Assembly (NCBI GenBank): GCA_031409275.1
Contig: JANNXA010000022.1
Span: forward strand, 236,307 to 300,306
Source of the DNA: Planctomycetota bacterium
GTDB lineage: Bacteria > Planctomycetota > B15-G4 > SIAN01
Length of the DNA stretch: 64,000 bases
Direction: 5' to 3'
Part shown: positions 1 to 9,265 of the stretch, in pieces
Layout of the letters: each line of letters starts with the position of its first letter
Numbering within the stretch: position 1 is the stretch's first letter
Notes under the pieces: model-generated
What the model was told of the DNA's origin: nothing
The model's database searches: none
What the model saw: the letters and a program-made list of their open reading frames with translations, nothing else
Position numbers and translations under genes: made by a program

Positions 1-1062
1 GATCGCGACGGCAACTTCTATTTCGCCAAGGCGGGGCCGGTGCGGCCGGGTGGCCGCGGTTTCGACGCGATCGTGCCGCACAACGGCACCGTACTGAAGC
101 TCAGCAAGGATGGCAGCCGGCTCGACCTCTATTCGACCGGCTTGCGCGCGCCCAACGGCATCGGCGTCGGCCCCGACGGTCAGGTGACGGCCGGCGACAA
201 CGAGGGCACCTGGGTCCCCCACTGCAAACTCCACTGGCTGAAGCCTGGCAGCTTCCAGGGCGTCGTCGACACGGCGCACCGCTCCGAGAAGCCGACCGAC
301 TACAACCGCCCGCTCTGCTGGTTTCCGATGGGCGTCGACAACTCGGGCGGCGGCCAGACGTGGATCACCTCGCAACGGTTCGGTCCGTTCGCTGGTGATC
401 TGCTCCACCTGTCGTACGGACAGAGCTCGATCTACAAGGTGATGAAGGAGGAGGTCGACGGCCAGGTGCAGGGAGGCGTCTTCCGGCTGCCGGTCACGCT
501 CGGCTCGAGCGCGATGCGGGCGCGCTTCAATCCGCTCGATGGTCAGCTCTACGTCTGCGGGTTGAAGGGGTGGCAAACCAACGCGGCGCGCCTCTCTGCC
601 TTTCAGCGCGTGCGCTACACCGGCGCGCCGGTGCGCCTGCCGAAGTCGCTGTCGGCGTGTGAGGGTGGGCTCCTCGTCGAGTTCACCTGCCCGCTCGACC
701 AGACGCTCGCCGCCGACGTGCAGAGCTATGCGCTCGAGCAATGGAACTACGTCTGGGGCCCGATGTACGGCTCGCCCGAAGTGTCAGTGCGACACCCTGA
801 TCCGAAGTTCCTCGAGAGCGCGCAGTCGACGGAGCAGCAGTCGTTCCAGCAGCACGACAAGGTGGCGATCACCGCGGTACGGCTGCTCGACGATCGGCGC
901 GTCTTCCTCGAGATCCCCGATCTGCTGCCGGCGATGCAGTGCCAGCTGAAGATCGACGTCGAGAGCGCGGATGGCCAGGAGATGAGGTTCGAGCTGTTCC
1001 ACACCATCCATCAACTCGCGCCGCGGCCGGCGCCGGCTGCGGCGGGAAGCAGCGGATCGTGA
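1..1062 (+). CDS. PVC-type beta-propeller/membrane-bound dehydrogenase-like protein (DUF6797-type), 5'-truncated by window edge
   Basis: Frame is open from base 1 (DRDGNFYFAKAG...). Contains GLRAPNG, DNEGTWVP, RARFNPLDGQLYVCGLKGWQTN and YGSPE, typical of planctomycete heme-binding/dehydrogenase-associated propellers. Confidence 0.7.
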   Translation, partial: DRDGNFYFAKAGPVRPGGRGFDAIVPHNGTVLKLSKDGSRLDLYSTGLRAPNGIGVGPDGQVTAGDNEGTWVPHCKLHWLKPGSFQGVVDTAHRSEKPTDYNRPLCWFPMGVDNSGGGQTWITSQRFGPFAGDLLHLSYGQSSIYKVMKEEVDGQVQGGVFRLPVTLGSSAMRARFNPLDGQLYVCGLKGWQTNAARLSAFQRVRYTGAPVRLPKSLSACEGGLLVEFTCPLDQTLAADVQSYALEQWNYVWGPMYGSPEVSVRHPDPKFLESAQSTEQQSFQQHDKVAITAVRLLDDRRVFLEIPDLLPAMQCQLKIDVESADGQEMRFELFHTIHQLAPRPAPAAAGSSGS

Positions 1063-3128
1063 AATTGCGGCTCGCCGCCGCCGCGGCGCTCGCGCTGGCT
1101 GCGATCGGCGCGGCCAACGCCGGTGCAGACACCGCAAGCGAACGCGCGCCCGGCCTCTGCTGTCGATTGGAAGCCGACGGCGGCGCCAGCGATGCACGCC
1201 TCGTCGACCGCGTCGCGTTGCACGTCGAGGCGGGTGCGAGCGCGACGGAGCTGTTGCCGGCGGGGCCATTTCGGGCGCGCTTCACGGGGGAACTCGCGCT
1301 CGATCTGCGCAGCAAGTTGCGCTTCCGCGTCGTCGGATCGGGCACGGCGAAGCTCACGGTCGGCGAGCAGGTGGTGGTCGCCGGGGGTGACGGCGGAGCG
1401 CTCGACCTGACCAGCGAGGAGCTGCGCTTTCCGCAAGGCGCCAGTGCGTTCCAGTTCGACTACGCCAGCCCGCGCGATGGCGCGGCGACCGTGCGCCTGC
1501 TGTGGTCGGGTCGCGGCTTCGATTGGGAGCCGCTGCCACCGGCGCTGTTTCATCGCGATTCGGCGCTCGACCCGAGCGATCTGCTCGACGTGCGGCGCGG
1601 CCGTGAGCTCTTCGCGGCGCGCCGTTGCGTGCGCTGCCACTCCGCCGAGCCGAGCGCTCCGATCGAGCGCCACGGGATGGCGGAACTCGCCGCTGGCGCG
1701 CCGTCGCTCGAAGCGGCGGGCGATCGGCTGCACGGCGATTGGATCGCCCATTGGATCGTGGCGCCGCGAACGTTGCGGCCGAGCGCTCGCATGCCGCGGC
1801 TGCTCCACGCGGACGATCCGCGCGCGCAGGACCTCGCCGCGTTCCTGCTGCGACGGCAGTCGCCCGCGGACGTTCCGTCACTCGCCAATCGACCGCCGCC
1901 CGACGCGTCGCAAGTGGCCGCCGGTGGCGTGCTGTTCGCCCGGCGCGGCTGCATCGCCTGTCATACGCGGCCCGATCGCGCCGAGGCCAACGACGACGCG
2001 GACCGAGTGCCGCTCCACCGCGTCGCCTGGAAGTGGCAAGCGGGTGCGCTCGCAGCCTTCCTGCGCGATCCCACGTCGATCGATCCATGGATCCGCATGC
2101 CCGACCTTCACTTGAGCGACGCGGAGGCGAGCGCGCTGGCAGCGTTCCTTCTCGATCGCTCTGCGCCGTTCGTGCCCGCGCCGACGCCCGGCAGCGGCGA
2201 TGCCGAGCGCGGCGCACGGGCCTACGTCGAGCTGCGCTGCGATCGCTGCCACGAACCGGCGGCGGTGATCGCGACGCCGCGGCCCGCCGCCCCACCGCTC
2301 GCGTCGCTCGCGGGAGTCGACTGGAGTGCCGCGGGTTGTGCGGCCGAGCCGACGGCGCGCGGCGAGCTCTGCCCCGACTTCGAACTGCCGCCGGCCGACC
2401 GCGCCGCGCTGCAGCGGTTCGCGCGAAGCGGTCTCGCTTCGCTGGAGCGCCGCTCTCCGGCCGACTTCGCCGAGCGGCAGATGCGCGAACTGCAGTGCGA
2501 TGCGTGCCACACCATCGGGGCGCAGCTCGATCGTTGGCAATCCGTGATGGCAGAGACCAACGACCTCGTGATCGATGCGGCGAAGCCGACGCTCGATCAG
2601 GCACGACCGCCGCTGACGTTCGTCGGCGAGAAGCTGCACAGCGATTGGATCGCGCGGCTGTTGTCAGGCGAGAACGCGGCGCCGACGCGGCCGTGGCTGG
2701 CGGCACGGATGCCCGCATTCCCGGCACGAGCGGAGCTGCTGGCGCAAGGGCTCGCGGCGCGCGACGGCTTCGCCCGCAGCCGCTCGCAGCCCGAGCCGGC
2801 GGACGCGGCGCTCGAAGCGATCGGGGCCGCGCTGGTCAGCGAGAGCGGCTTCTCGTGCGTCTCGTGCCACGACGTCGCGGCGCGCGGTGCGTTGTCGCGC
2901 TTCGAGTTCGGCGCTCCCAATCTCGACCTTGCCCATGCGCGCATCCGCCCCGACTACTTCCGGCGCTGGATGAACAACCCGATGCGCGTCGAGCCGTCGT
3001 CGAAGATGCCGAAGTACGCCGGCGACGATGGCAAGTCCCCGTTCCCGGCCTACTGCGACGGCGACCTCGCGGCGCAGTTCGAGGCGATTCGTCGCTACCT
3101 CGCCGCGCTCCACGCGCAGCGCCGCTAG
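1059..3128 (+). CDS. Exported penta-heme c-type cytochrome with N-terminal PA14-like domain
   Basis: GTG at 1059 overlaps the upstream stop (GTGA). Signal peptide present. CxxCH motifs: CVRCH, CIACH, CDRCH, CDACH, CVSCH. Repeated (R/K)MP distal-Met motifs. Confidence 0.85.
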   Translation: MKLRLAAAAALALAAIGAANAGADTASERAPGLCCRLEADGGASDARLVDRVALHVEAGASATELLPAGPFRARFTGELALDLRSKLRFRVVGSGTAKLTVGEQVVVAGGDGGALDLTSEELRFPQGASAFQFDYASPRDGAATVRLLWSGRGFDWEPLPPALFHRDSALDPSDLLDVRRGRELFAARRCVRCHSAEPSAPIERHGMAELAAGAPSLEAAGDRLHGDWIAHWIVAPRTLRPSARMPRLLHADDPRAQDLAAFLLRRQSPADVPSLANRPPPDASQVAAGGVLFARRGCIACHTRPDRAEANDDADRVPLHRVAWKWQAGALAAFLRDPTSIDPWIRMPDLHLSDAEASALAAFLLDRSAPFVPAPTPGSGDAERGARAYVELRCDRCHEPAAVIATPRPAAPPLASLAGVDWSAAGCAAEPTARGELCPDFELPPADRAALQRFARSGLASLERRSPADFAERQMRELQCDACHTIGAQLDRWQSVMAETNDLVIDAAKPTLDQARPPLTFVGEKLHSDWIARLLSGENAAPTRPWLAARMPAFPARAELLAQGLAARDGFARSRSQPEPADAALEAIGAALVSESGFSCVSCHDVAARGALSRFEFGAPNLDLAHARIRPDYFRRWMNNPMRVEPSSKMPKYAGDDGKSPFPAYCDGDLAAQFEAIRRYLAALHAQRR

Positions 3129-3143
3129 CCGGGACCGCGAAGG

Positions 3144-3749
3144 GTGCCGCGCTACACGCAGCAGACGCGCTGTCCTGGTTGCGGTCTGATCCCGGCGCGT
3201 TGCGTTTGCGCGGGCCTGCCTCGAGTGACGCTGCCATGGCGGACGCTGGTCGTGCAACACGGCAAGGAGTCAGGCAAGCCGACCAATACCGCCCGCTTGC
3301 TGGTGCGCACGGTGGTGAACAGCGTGATCGTGCCCTTCGCACGTCGCGGCGAGCCGTGGGCTGCTTCGCAGCTCGGTCCCGAACACGAGCAGCGCTTCGT
3401 CCTCTTTCCAGGCCCGGACGCGCGGACGATCGATCGCGAGTGGCTGCTCGCGCTTCGCGAGCGACCGTGCGCTCTCGTGCTGCTCGACGGGACATGGCGG
3501 CAGGCCGGGCGGATGGTCCGTCGCGCTGCCGGAATCGACGAGCTGGAGCGAGTCGCGTTGCCCGCCGGTGCGCCCTCGCGCTGGCGGATTCGGCAGGCGC
3601 CGCGCGCCGACCAACTGTGCACGTTCGAGACAGTCGTTCGCCTCGCCGCGTTGCTCGGCGAACCGCCCGCTGCTGAAGCGCTCGAGCGTGCATTTCAGGT
3701 CGTGCTCGACGCGCAAGGGCGCAATCCCGCTTGCGACGAGCGCGACTGA
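3144..3749 (+). CDS. DTW-domain tRNA-uridine aminocarboxypropyltransferase (TapT/YfiP family)
   Basis: N-terminal CxxC...CxC, then KPTNTA, LLDGTWRQA (DxTW motif) and LCTFE. Confidence 0.85.
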   Translation: MPRYTQQTRCPGCGLIPARCVCAGLPRVTLPWRTLVVQHGKESGKPTNTARLLVRTVVNSVIVPFARRGEPWAASQLGPEHEQRFVLFPGPDARTIDREWLLALRERPCALVLLDGTWRQAGRMVRRAAGIDELERVALPAGAPSRWRIRQAPRADQLCTFETVVRLAALLGEPPAAEALERAFQVVLDAQGRNPACDERD

Positions 3750-3918
3750 GCGAACGTCGCTGGCGGCGGTTCGGATCCGCACGGGCGCGAGGGACTTCGC
3801 GCTGATCCGCGCCTTGGGCGGCGTTCCTGCGCTCCGCGGGGGCGGAACGCGGTTCGCTGTTGTCGGTGGAGATGGCACGGCGGCCTTCCGCGCCGCACAC
3901 AACTGGGGAAGTCCTCAT

Positions 3919-5793
3919 ATGCGGCAGCGTTGGATCCTGGTCGCGCTCGTGGCCGTCGTGGCCGCGTGCGGCGGTGGAAGCGGTTCGGTGGTTCGCAAGG
4001 GCCCAGGCACCGGTGGTGGTGGCGGCGGTGGTGGCGGCGGCGGTGGCGGCACCGTCGATGTCGAAGCTCCGACCGTGGTCATGGTCTCGCCAGCGATCGG
4101 CTCGACCGCCTCAGGAACCACGGCCGTGATCGCGGATGCGATCGACGGATTTGGAGTCATCGCGCTCCAGTTCCAGCTCGATGGCGTGGACCTCGGGGCC
4201 CCGCTCTCGGCGCCGCCGTGGCAGCTGGCCTGGGACACCACCACCGCCCTCGACGGCCCCCATTCGCTCACCGCCTTCGCGTGGGACCCGTCGCTGAACG
4301 AAGGACGGGCGACGGCCGTCGCATTCGAGGTCGACAACTCGGTGCCGCCGCCGACGCTCACCGACGCCACCTTCCTCGGCGGAGTGGACGACGACTCGAC
4401 GCGCGACGTGTTCGTCGACGCCGCGGGTTACATCTACTGCGCCGGTGGGACCGCTTCGCCGGACTTCCCGACGACTCCCGGCGCGGCGAATCGCACGTTC
4501 GCCGGCGTCCACGATGTCTACGTGGCCAAGTTCGCCCCCGATGGCAGCCTCGTCTTCTCGACGCTGCTGGGTGGCCCCCATCACGATCGCGCCTACGCGA
4601 TCGAGGTCGATGCCCAGGGTTGCATCTTCGTCGCCGGCCGCGCCGGCGACGGCTTCCCGACCACGGCTGGGGCGCTTCAACCGACGTTCGGCGGCGACCG
4701 CAAGCCGAGTCCGCTCTACGGAGCACAGGATGGCTTCGTCGCGAAGATCGCGGCGGACGGTGGCAGCGTGCTGTGGTGCACCTACTTCGGCAGCGACGAC
4801 GGCGGCATCTTGCGCGACATGGACATCGACTCCGCCGGCAACGTCTACGTCGTCGGTGAGGCGTCTCGCCCCCACTACGCCGTGACGTCCGGATCCTTCG
4901 ACTCGACGCTCGAAGGGGCGACGGACGGGATCGTCGCGAAGATCGCGGCCGATGGCGGCTCGGTGATCTGGGGGGCCTACTTCGGCGGCTCCGACATGGA
5001 CGGCGGGACGCCCTCCGTGCGTGCGGGCGACGACGGCACGACCTGGGTTCTCGGATCGAGCCGATCGACCGACTTCCCGGTCACGCCGGGTGCCTATCAG
5101 CTCACGAACGGCGGCATCACCGATCTCGTGCTCCTGCGCATCGCGCCGAGCGGGGCGACGCTCGACTTCGCGACTTACTTCGGCGGCAGCGACGTCGAGT
5201 ACACCGAAACGCATGGCCTCTGGGTCGAGCCCGACGGCACCGTGACGATGTCGGCTTCCACCGAATCGCCCGATCTTCCATTCGTCCCCGCCTCGACTCC
5301 GCCGTCCTTCCAGGCGAACTACGGAGGCAGCGGTGGCGTCGGCACGGGGTTCTCCACCAACTACGCCGGGGACGCCTTCGTCGCCAAGTTCGCGCCCGAT
5401 GGCAGCACGCTGCGCGCCTTCACCTACCTTGGCGGCACCGAAGGCGAGGGCGCCGAAGGGGTGGCGCTCGATGACCGTGGACGCGTCTACCTCAGCGGAT
5501 CGACCTATTCGGCCAACTTCCCGATCACGACCGACGCCGTTCAATCGCAGATAGGGTTGCTCTCGGACGCCTTCCAGGCGCGCCTGTCGAGCGACCTGAC
5601 CACGCTCGAGTTCGCGACCTTCCACGGCGGCGATGACGACGACGCGAGCCGCACGCTGGCGATCGGCGTGAATGGACAGGCGGTGTTCGGGGGGATCACC
5701 CACTCGTCGAACCTGCCGACGACCGCCGGTGCGTTCATGGGCGCTCCGGGCGGTGGCCCGACCGACGCGTTCGTGATCCAGGTCGACGAATAG
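3919..5793 (+). CDS. SBBP-repeat (beta-propeller) lipoprotein with Ig-like (Big) domain
   Basis: Lipobox VAAC, poly-Gly linker and an Ig-like segment (WDTT...DGPHSLTA). Repeated STxxGG / G.T.S.DFP.T.GA / D.FVAK units. Confidence 0.8.
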   Translation: MRQRWILVALVAVVAACGGGSGSVVRKGPGTGGGGGGGGGGGGGTVDVEAPTVVMVSPAIGSTASGTTAVIADAIDGFGVIALQFQLDGVDLGAPLSAPPWQLAWDTTTALDGPHSLTAFAWDPSLNEGRATAVAFEVDNSVPPPTLTDATFLGGVDDDSTRDVFVDAAGYIYCAGGTASPDFPTTPGAANRTFAGVHDVYVAKFAPDGSLVFSTLLGGPHHDRAYAIEVDAQGCIFVAGRAGDGFPTTAGALQPTFGGDRKPSPLYGAQDGFVAKIAADGGSVLWCTYFGSDDGGILRDMDIDSAGNVYVVGEASRPHYAVTSGSFDSTLEGATDGIVAKIAADGGSVIWGAYFGGSDMDGGTPSVRAGDDGTTWVLGSSRSTDFPVTPGAYQLTNGGITDLVLLRIAPSGATLDFATYFGGSDVEYTETHGLWVEPDGTVTMSASTESPDLPFVPASTPPSFQANYGGSGGVGTGFSTNYAGDAFVAKFAPDGSTLRAFTYLGGTEGEGAEGVALDDRGRVYLSGSTYSANFPITTDAVQSQIGLLSDAFQARLSSDLTTLEFATFHGGDDDDASRTLAIGVNGQAVFGGITHSSNLPTTAGAFMGAPGGGPTDAFVIQVDE

Positions 5794-5909
5794 TCGATCG
5801 AACCCGAGTTCGCCGCCGCAGTTCGACTCCAAGACAACCGGGCCACGCGGGAGTGCCGCGTGGCCCGGGACGAACGATTCGAGTCGTGTTCAGCGGCCGA
5901 GGCGACCGG

Positions 5910-8327
5910 TCACTTCACGGGTGCGGCCATCACCTCCACCTCGAACTGATTGCCGAGCACCGTGCCATCGGTGACGACGATCTTCGCGCCCGCCGCCGCG
6001 TCGGCTGGGACCGTCAGCGTTGCCTTGCCGTTCACGACCGGCAGCGGCTGAGCGGCACCGCCGTTCAGCGACCAGCTCAGGACGGACGCACCCGACTGCA
6101 CGGTGATCTCGATCGAGCTGCCTGCCGCGCCCGAGGTCGCGGCCGGAACGAGCCCGTTCTCGAGATGGTGAGCCGGCACGTACTGCGGCAACCACTGGTG
6201 CAGATAGTTCGTGCGGTAGAGCGCGTAGCCCGCGAGCCCCAGCACGATCAAGGTCAAGACGACCTTGGGCCACGGGCTCTTCTTCGGAGCGAACGGGTCG
6301 ACCAGCGAGCGCTCTGCGCCGGGCGGGATCGCCGCCGTGTCGGTCAGCGAACGGCCGAGCGGGATGTTGATCTTGGTCAATGCGTTCACGGCCCAGCCGT
6401 TGGCGTCCAGCATCGGTCCGAGGTTGCGCTGCCGCAGTTTGAGCCACGCGATCAGCATCGACGGGCCCGAAATGGCCAGCATCACGCCGACCACGACCAA
6501 CGGCAGTTGCCAGGCCGGCAACGAACCGAGTCCGGAGAAGACGCCAGCAAGAGCGGCGGTGATGCCGCCGACGGCGACACCCAACGCGGCGATCGTCCCG
6601 ACATCGAACTTCGGCTTCACCGGCGGAGCGCCCTTCACGACATCCCCCGCGTTGGCGGAAGCCGCCTGCAGCTTCGCGTTCGCCGCCTCGTCGGCGGCAG
6701 CGGCGCGCTTGGCCACCGTTTCCTCGACGTAGCGCACCAGCTTCTTGTAGGGCGACCAGAACGCCTGCCCGATGCTGATCGGGTTGCTGACGATCTTGGC
6801 GATCGTCGCGTCCCAATCGCGCCCCTTGCGGTCGTAGAAGAGGCCGTTGCGTCCGACGAAGAGGTTGTCGTCGCTGCCGGCGGTGAAGGCCGCGGCGATC
6901 TGCATCTTCTCGCCGGAAGGGCGCGTGCAGTCGACGTAGGCGAGGTAGGTCTTCGACATCGGCGCCAGCGTTGCGTGCTTGGCGGCGTCGTTCACGTGGA
7001 TGCAGAGGTCGCAACTGCGCCCGTCGAAGAAGAGCGTCCCCGCCTGGAAGATGGCGGTCCGGCGCGCGTAGAAGTCGGAGAAGCTGACGAAGTTGTTGAG
7101 CAGCTTGTGCAGGTCGCGCTGGTAGCGCGCGAGCTTCTCGACGTTCGCGATCGCGTCGATCTCGGGCGCCACGGCAGCATCGGCGGCGATCGCCTGGCTC
7201 AGCACCGCCTTGGCGCCGCCCGCGAGGATCTCGCGGACGCGCTTCAGGCCGAGCGCTTCGACGCTCGCGCCCGCCTTGCTGGCGACCCACGCCTGATAGG
7301 GCGCGAGCTTCGCCGTCAGCGCCGTCCACTCCGCTTCGGTGAGCGTGGTCTTCTCTTTGCCGAAGAGCGGCGCGATCGCGCCGTCGCGCAGCGTCGCCAC
7401 CGCGCCCGCCCAGGCCGGGTTCACTCCCGTCACGAGCGGCAGTGCCTTGTTCGCCTCGATCGTCGCGAGCGGGAACCCGGCGACTTCCGCGGCGGTGATC
7501 GAAAGATCCTTCGCCGCGAGTTCGAGGTACGAGGACTCCTGTCGATTGAGCGCCGCCTGCGCGCGCGCGTCGAACGCGACCAGTCGGCAGCGCGAGAAGA
7601 AGTCATCGACCTTGACCTTGATCGCAGCCACGGCGGCCGCCGCGGCGGCGGTGGCGGCGCCGAACGGCAGCAAGTTCTTCGCGTCGACCTCCAACTGCTT
7701 CTGCCACGCCTCGAAGGCGGTGGCGGCGGCGAAGAAGGCGTCGACGTGCGCCTGGGCGAATCCCATCTCGCCCGAGCGATCCTTGGCGCCACCGGTGCAG
7801 CCCACGACGTCGACCGCCACGGCCTTCGCGGCAGGATCAGCGATCGAGCTCGGCGGAACGATGCCGTCGCCGTTCAGCTTCGCCTTCGCGAAGAGTTCGG
7901 CCGTCTGCATCGTTTCGGCCAGCGTGATGGAGGTTGCCGACTCCTTGCCGAGGCTCGCGAGCAGGTGCTTCGCCGAAGCGAGCACGCTCTTGCCCTCGGG
8001 CGTCGCGCTGTTGATCGAAGCCAGCGCCACGCCGTCCTGCCCCTTGACGAGGTCATCCGCGTTCTTCAGCACCGATCCGAGCCACTTCACCGCGGCGAGG
8101 ATCTCGGGCACGCGCACGCGCCCGTCCTTGTCGGTGTCGAGCATCGCGAGGGTCCGCTCGTCGAACTCGAGCCCCTTCACCGGGCAGGAGAGCGCGACCC
8201 AGAGCTTCTGGTCGAGCTCGTGCAGATGAAGGATGTCGGCGCCACGATTGAGGCGAACCTGATCGACCCCCCCGGCGCGATAGAAACTGAAGCGGTGACC
8301 GGAAGCAGCCTTGTCCTGAACAGCCAT
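5910..8327 (-). CDS. Uncharacterised EF-hand-motif protein with C-terminal membrane helices
   Basis: 805-aa ORF with normal codon use. EF-hand-like loop DTDKDGRVRVPE and three hydrophobic segments near the C-terminus. Confidence 0.7.
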   Translation of the reverse strand: MAVQDKAASGHRFSFYRAGGVDQVRLNRGADILHLHELDQKLWVALSCPVKGLEFDERTLAMLDTDKDGRVRVPEILAAVKWLGSVLKNADDLVKGQDGVALASINSATPEGKSVLASAKHLLASLGKESATSITLAETMQTAELFAKAKLNGDGIVPPSSIADPAAKAVAVDVVGCTGGAKDRSGEMGFAQAHVDAFFAAATAFEAWQKQLEVDAKNLLPFGAATAAAAAAVAAIKVKVDDFFSRCRLVAFDARAQAALNRQESSYLELAAKDLSITAAEVAGFPLATIEANKALPLVTGVNPAWAGAVATLRDGAIAPLFGKEKTTLTEAEWTALTAKLAPYQAWVASKAGASVEALGLKRVREILAGGAKAVLSQAIAADAAVAPEIDAIANVEKLARYQRDLHKLLNNFVSFSDFYARRTAIFQAGTLFFDGRSCDLCIHVNDAAKHATLAPMSKTYLAYVDCTRPSGEKMQIAAAFTAGSDDNLFVGRNGLFYDRKGRDWDATIAKIVSNPISIGQAFWSPYKKLVRYVEETVAKRAAAADEAANAKLQAASANAGDVVKGAPPVKPKFDVGTIAALGVAVGGITAALAGVFSGLGSLPAWQLPLVVVGVMLAISGPSMLIAWLKLRQRNLGPMLDANGWAVNALTKINIPLGRSLTDTAAIPPGAERSLVDPFAPKKSPWPKVVLTLIVLGLAGYALYRTNYLHQWLPQYVPAHHLENGLVPAATSGAAGSSIEITVQSGASVLSWSLNGGAAQPLPVVNGKATLTVPADAAAGAKIVVTDGTVLGNQFEVEVMAAPVK

Positions 8328-8635
8328 TCGTGGGATCTCGACATCGCGGAGACGGGCGCACGGACCCCGAAGATCGCGCAGCCCTGGGAAGCAGAAACTT
8401 TCGGGGCGGGGAGTATCCGCAATTGAAAACCGAGTTCAAGGTTTGTACGCGGCGAGGCGCGGCTGAACTCGGCGCGATGTCCCGGGCGCGGTCGGATTGC
8501 GACGCGGATCGGGCGATCAAGCCGTCAGCCGGGCGCCGGCTCCGATGAGTTCGACACGGGCGACGGCGCGCATCGTCGAAGCATCGACCCCGACGCGCCG
8601 GTGCGTCTGGCGGACCGAATCAGCTCCGTCGTCGA

Positions 8636-9265
8636 TCAGTGGTGCGCAGCGGCGCCGACCGTTGCCAATGGCGCGTCGGCCTGCGTGCTGGCCGTCTCCG
8701 CCGCAAGCGGGCGGCACTCCGGGGCGCAGCTCTGCAGCGTGAAACGCTCGAGTCGCTCGCCGACTTTTCGCCAGCGTGCCAGTGCCTGCGCCGATTCGGA
8801 CGCAGCGGCTTCGCGTGCCATGAGCTGCAGCTGCGCGACCTCGTCGTGCAACGCGACGAGGCACTGGTGGAGTTCGTTGGAGGTGGTCTGCAGGTGGTCT
8901 TCCTTGCGGATCTGGACGCCGCGCGGCAGGCGCAGTTGCTTCAGCTGGCGGAACACCTGTCGGAAGCGGAACTCCGGACCGGCGATTCGCAGCGTCTCGC
9001 GCAGACCTTGCCCCATCAGGCAGAAGAACGTGCATGCCATCGGCAGCAGCACCGCGAAGGCGAGCAGCTCGACGCGGCTGAAGAGCTCGAGGATCCCCCA
9101 GCTCGGGAAGCCGCTCAGATAGCCGATCGCGGCCGGCATCCCGATGGCGAGGGCGAAGAAGAGCACGGCGTTCGCGGCAAGGATCACCGCCAGACGCGAG
9201 ACGATTGCGAACTGGAAGCGGCGATCGACCAGGATCGAGCGCCGACGATCGGGCAGCGGGTTCAT
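8636..9265 (-). CDS. Two-TM membrane protein with HAMP-like/coiled-coil tail
   Basis: RRRSILVDRRFQ N-terminus, two TM helices, then RIAGP...VQIRKEDHLQ (HAMP-like). Start overlaps the upstream stop. Confidence 0.65.
   Translation of the reverse strand: MNPLPDRRRSILVDRRFQFAIVSRLAVILAANAVLFFALAIGMPAAIGYLSGFPSWGILELFSRVELLAFAVLLPMACTFFCLMGQGLRETLRIAGPEFRFRQVFRQLKQLRLPRGVQIRKEDHLQTTSNELHQCLVALHDEVAQLQLMAREAAASESAQALARWRKVGERLERFTLQSCAPECRPLAAETASTQADAPLATVGAAAHH

Noticed and set aside
3873..3887. TGGCACG upstream of the first SBBP gene as a sigma-54 promoter
   Set aside because: No GC at the -12 position (reads CCTT).
4009..4050. GGC/GGT runs here and at ~27100-27160, and the DDGAM repeats near 29860-29925
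   Set aside because: Low-complexity protein linkers in frame, not independent repeat elements.
5853..8426. Long ORFs antisense or out of frame to real genes (e.g. 5853..8426 +, 22424..25390 -, 48249..50663 +, 1625..3676 +)
   Set aside because: Arg/Ala/Gly-rich shadow ORFs expected in high-GC DNA; each overlaps a motif-bearing gene.
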